From: Escherichia virus TH57
Sequence record: MT446422.1
Direction: 5' to 3' (one strand)
DNA length: 64,000 nucleotides
A program made the translations under genes and the position numbers. How positions within the stretch are numbered: the stretch's first letter is position 1; each line of letters opens with the position of its first letter. The notes beneath the pieces were generated by a model. That model was not told the origin of the DNA. It saw nothing but the letters and a program-made list of their open reading frames with translations, and searched no databases. Positions 62,351-64,000 of this stretch are shown in pieces.

Positions 62351-64000
62351 CGGTAAACAATCAAATATGGAGGAAGTATATCTATTGGCTGTGCCAGTGG
62401 GTCAAGAGCTTCATTAATAGTCGCATAATCTTCGCGATAGTTCGTATAAGCCGGACCTTGTGCATCTGGGTCAATCTGACAACCACCAACAATAATTGGG
62501 CCAGTTGCATCAGCTACTAATACTTTTTCATCGGTCTGAATTTTAGGAATATTGGTTGGTTTAATGTGAATTTGTACATTACCCCCAGTACCCCCTGCAG
62601 TTGCCTGTGGAACACCAGAAGAATCCAGGTCGTTATTGTTCGTATGGAAGTTCGAGGCTGGGTCAGCAGACCAACCAATCAAAACACGCTCTTCAAGGCG
62701 CTTCCATGTTCCCATACCCATATATGTTGCAGGGTTATTTGGGTTGGTCGTGTTCTCGTAAATTGTGCCAATTGGATGGAACATATTAAAGAGAATCGAA
62801 ACAGCAGATGGTTTAATTTCGCTTGGGTCAACCGGTTCCAGGTTAGGAGCAAATGGATTATCATAATCCGTAATTCTTATATCGCCGGTGATTGAAACTT
62901 CTGGACCTTGAGAAACATAAATGTTATTTGTTTCATCTGTAATTTCGTCAAGAGTCATTGTGGTACCGATATCGTTATTGTACCAAACTATGGACAGAAT
63001 ATCACCATCTTCAAATGTACGAGCAAACTCAAAAGATTCGATGCGGTTATTTTCATCAAAGGTTGTTATATAATCTTCTTTCGATTTGGCCCATTGGCCA
63101 CCATTATCTGTACACTCTTCTGCAGTTTCACCATTAGCACCTTCGCAGGTATAAGCTGGATAGTTTGCAGTTCCTGCTTCGTGTTGTAATATGCTGTTGA
63201 TATAAACTTCACATGCGTTCGGGTTAATCGGACTGCTCGGAGATACCGCCAGTTCAGTAACCATAAATGTGTGCTTAGTAGACAAATCAGCTACAATCAA
63301 AGAACCTTCAACCGGGGTTTCAAGAGTAAATTTCGAATCACGAATTTGAACATCTCGACGGTTATAAGAACTACGATACTGAGCAATACCATCGTTGAAT
63401 GTTCTGACAATGACTGTATCACCAGCAGCACAAGGCATACGTAAACGAATATTGCGACCGTCAAGGGATACAATTTCACCAGCTGCTGCACCAGGCGAAC
63501 CAAATTCAGCATTATCAGGGTCAAAAATATCATCTTTACCATAAAACAGGTCGTTACCACGGTGTTTAACTTCGAGGCTAGCAATGTTATAAGGACGACC
63601 ATTAAACACGTCCAGGAAGTCCGTTTGGCCTTCTGTTGCAATGAATTGCTGAGTCTCAACGGTTGCTACATCGTTATTTGAAATCTTGTCAATCTGTTTG
63701 TTGTCAATATATTCCCAACGACCAGGAGAACAATAAACCAGTTCGATATCCGCTAGGTTACGACGAATAACAACAGGGTCAGGAGAACCTTTCATTGTGT
63801 CACCGACAGCCGGAACAATCGTCACCGGGGAGACTTGCCATGTTGCAAATACATCACGCAAACGAATAACGTAATTATATTCGGCTGGTGTTCCTTTAGG
63901 GAGTTTAACAGTAATCATACCATTTGAGGTATTCACTGCATAGCTACGACCCATAACAGCTTCCAGGGTTGTGCCGTCGGCTACTGACCATGTTTTCCAT
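62332..64000 (-). CDS. 10: baseplate wedge / tail pin protein gp10, partial (5' end beyond the window)
   Basis: Track ORF 62332..63954; the frame stays open from 63954 to the window edge, so the N-terminus is probably outside the window (T4 gp10 is ~600 aa). Confidence 0.8.
   Translation of the reverse strand, partial: WKTWSVADGTTLEAVMGRSYAVNTSNGMITVKLPKGTPAEYNYVIRLRDVFATWQVSPVTIVPAVGDTMKGSPDPVVIRRNLADIELVYCSPGRWEYIDNKQIDKISNNDVATVETQQFIATEGQTDFLDVFNGRPYNIASLEVKHRGNDLFYGKDDIFDPDNAEFGSPGAAAGEIVSLDGRNIRLRMPCAAGDTVIVRTFNDGIAQYRSSYNRRDVQIRDSKFTLETPVEGSLIVADLSTKHTFMVTELAVSPSSPINPNACEVYINSILQHEAGTANYPAYTCEGANGETAEECTDNGGQWAKSKEDYITTFDENNRIESFEFARTFEDGDILSIVWYNNDIGTTMTLDEITDETNNIYVSQGPEVSITGDIRITDYDNPFAPNLEPVDPSEIKPSAVSILFNMFHPIGTIYENTTNPNNPATYMGMGTWKRLEERVLIGWSADPASNFHTNNNDLDSSGVPQATAGGTGGNVQIHIKPTNIPKIQTDEKVLVADATGPIIVGGCQIDPDAQGPAYTNYREDYATINEALDPLAQPIDILPPYLIVYRWVRIA

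Overview
This window is a contiguous segment of a T4-like (Tevenvirinae-type) myovirus genome, about 38% GC, except for the first ~1.1 kb, which is GC-rich (~55-60%) and looks foreign. Calls rest on my own reading of the translations, T4 synteny and motif recognition; no database search was run, and regulatory coordinates are approximate (±3 nt). Plus strand, left to right: a 5'-truncated gene 59, gene 32, eight small early ORFs, frd, td (no intron), a small conserved ORF, nrdA, nrdB (no intron), denA, rnlA, an alc-like pair, a spanin pair, pseT, a cd-31-rIII region with many small ORFs, a NADAR-like/HAD-like pair, DNA ligase 30 and alt. The late structural block follows, mostly on the minus strand: 54-48-29-28-27-51, then (plus) 26-25-uvsY, (minus) uvsW, (plus) inh-hoc-rnlB, then (minus) two tandem gene 24 paralogs, 23-22-21-68-67-20-19, an HNH endonuclease, 18-17-16-15-14-13-wac-12-11 and the 3' part of gene 10, which runs off the window edge. 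T4-type early, middle (MotA-box) and late (TATAAATA) promoters and many hairpin terminators are readable. No tRNA, CRISPR array, integrase or group I intron was seen. The strongest candidates for something undescribed are: (1) the GC-rich module at 1-1140 carrying a Dam-family methyltransferase that replaces the 5' end of gene 59; (2) a translationally coupled NADAR-like/HAD-like pair just upstream of ligase; (3) two free-standing HNH endonuclease genes, one opposed by a middle-promoter-like element; (4) tandem gene 24 duplication; (5) repeated promoter/stem-loop cassettes and several small paralogous gene families in the hypervariable early regions.
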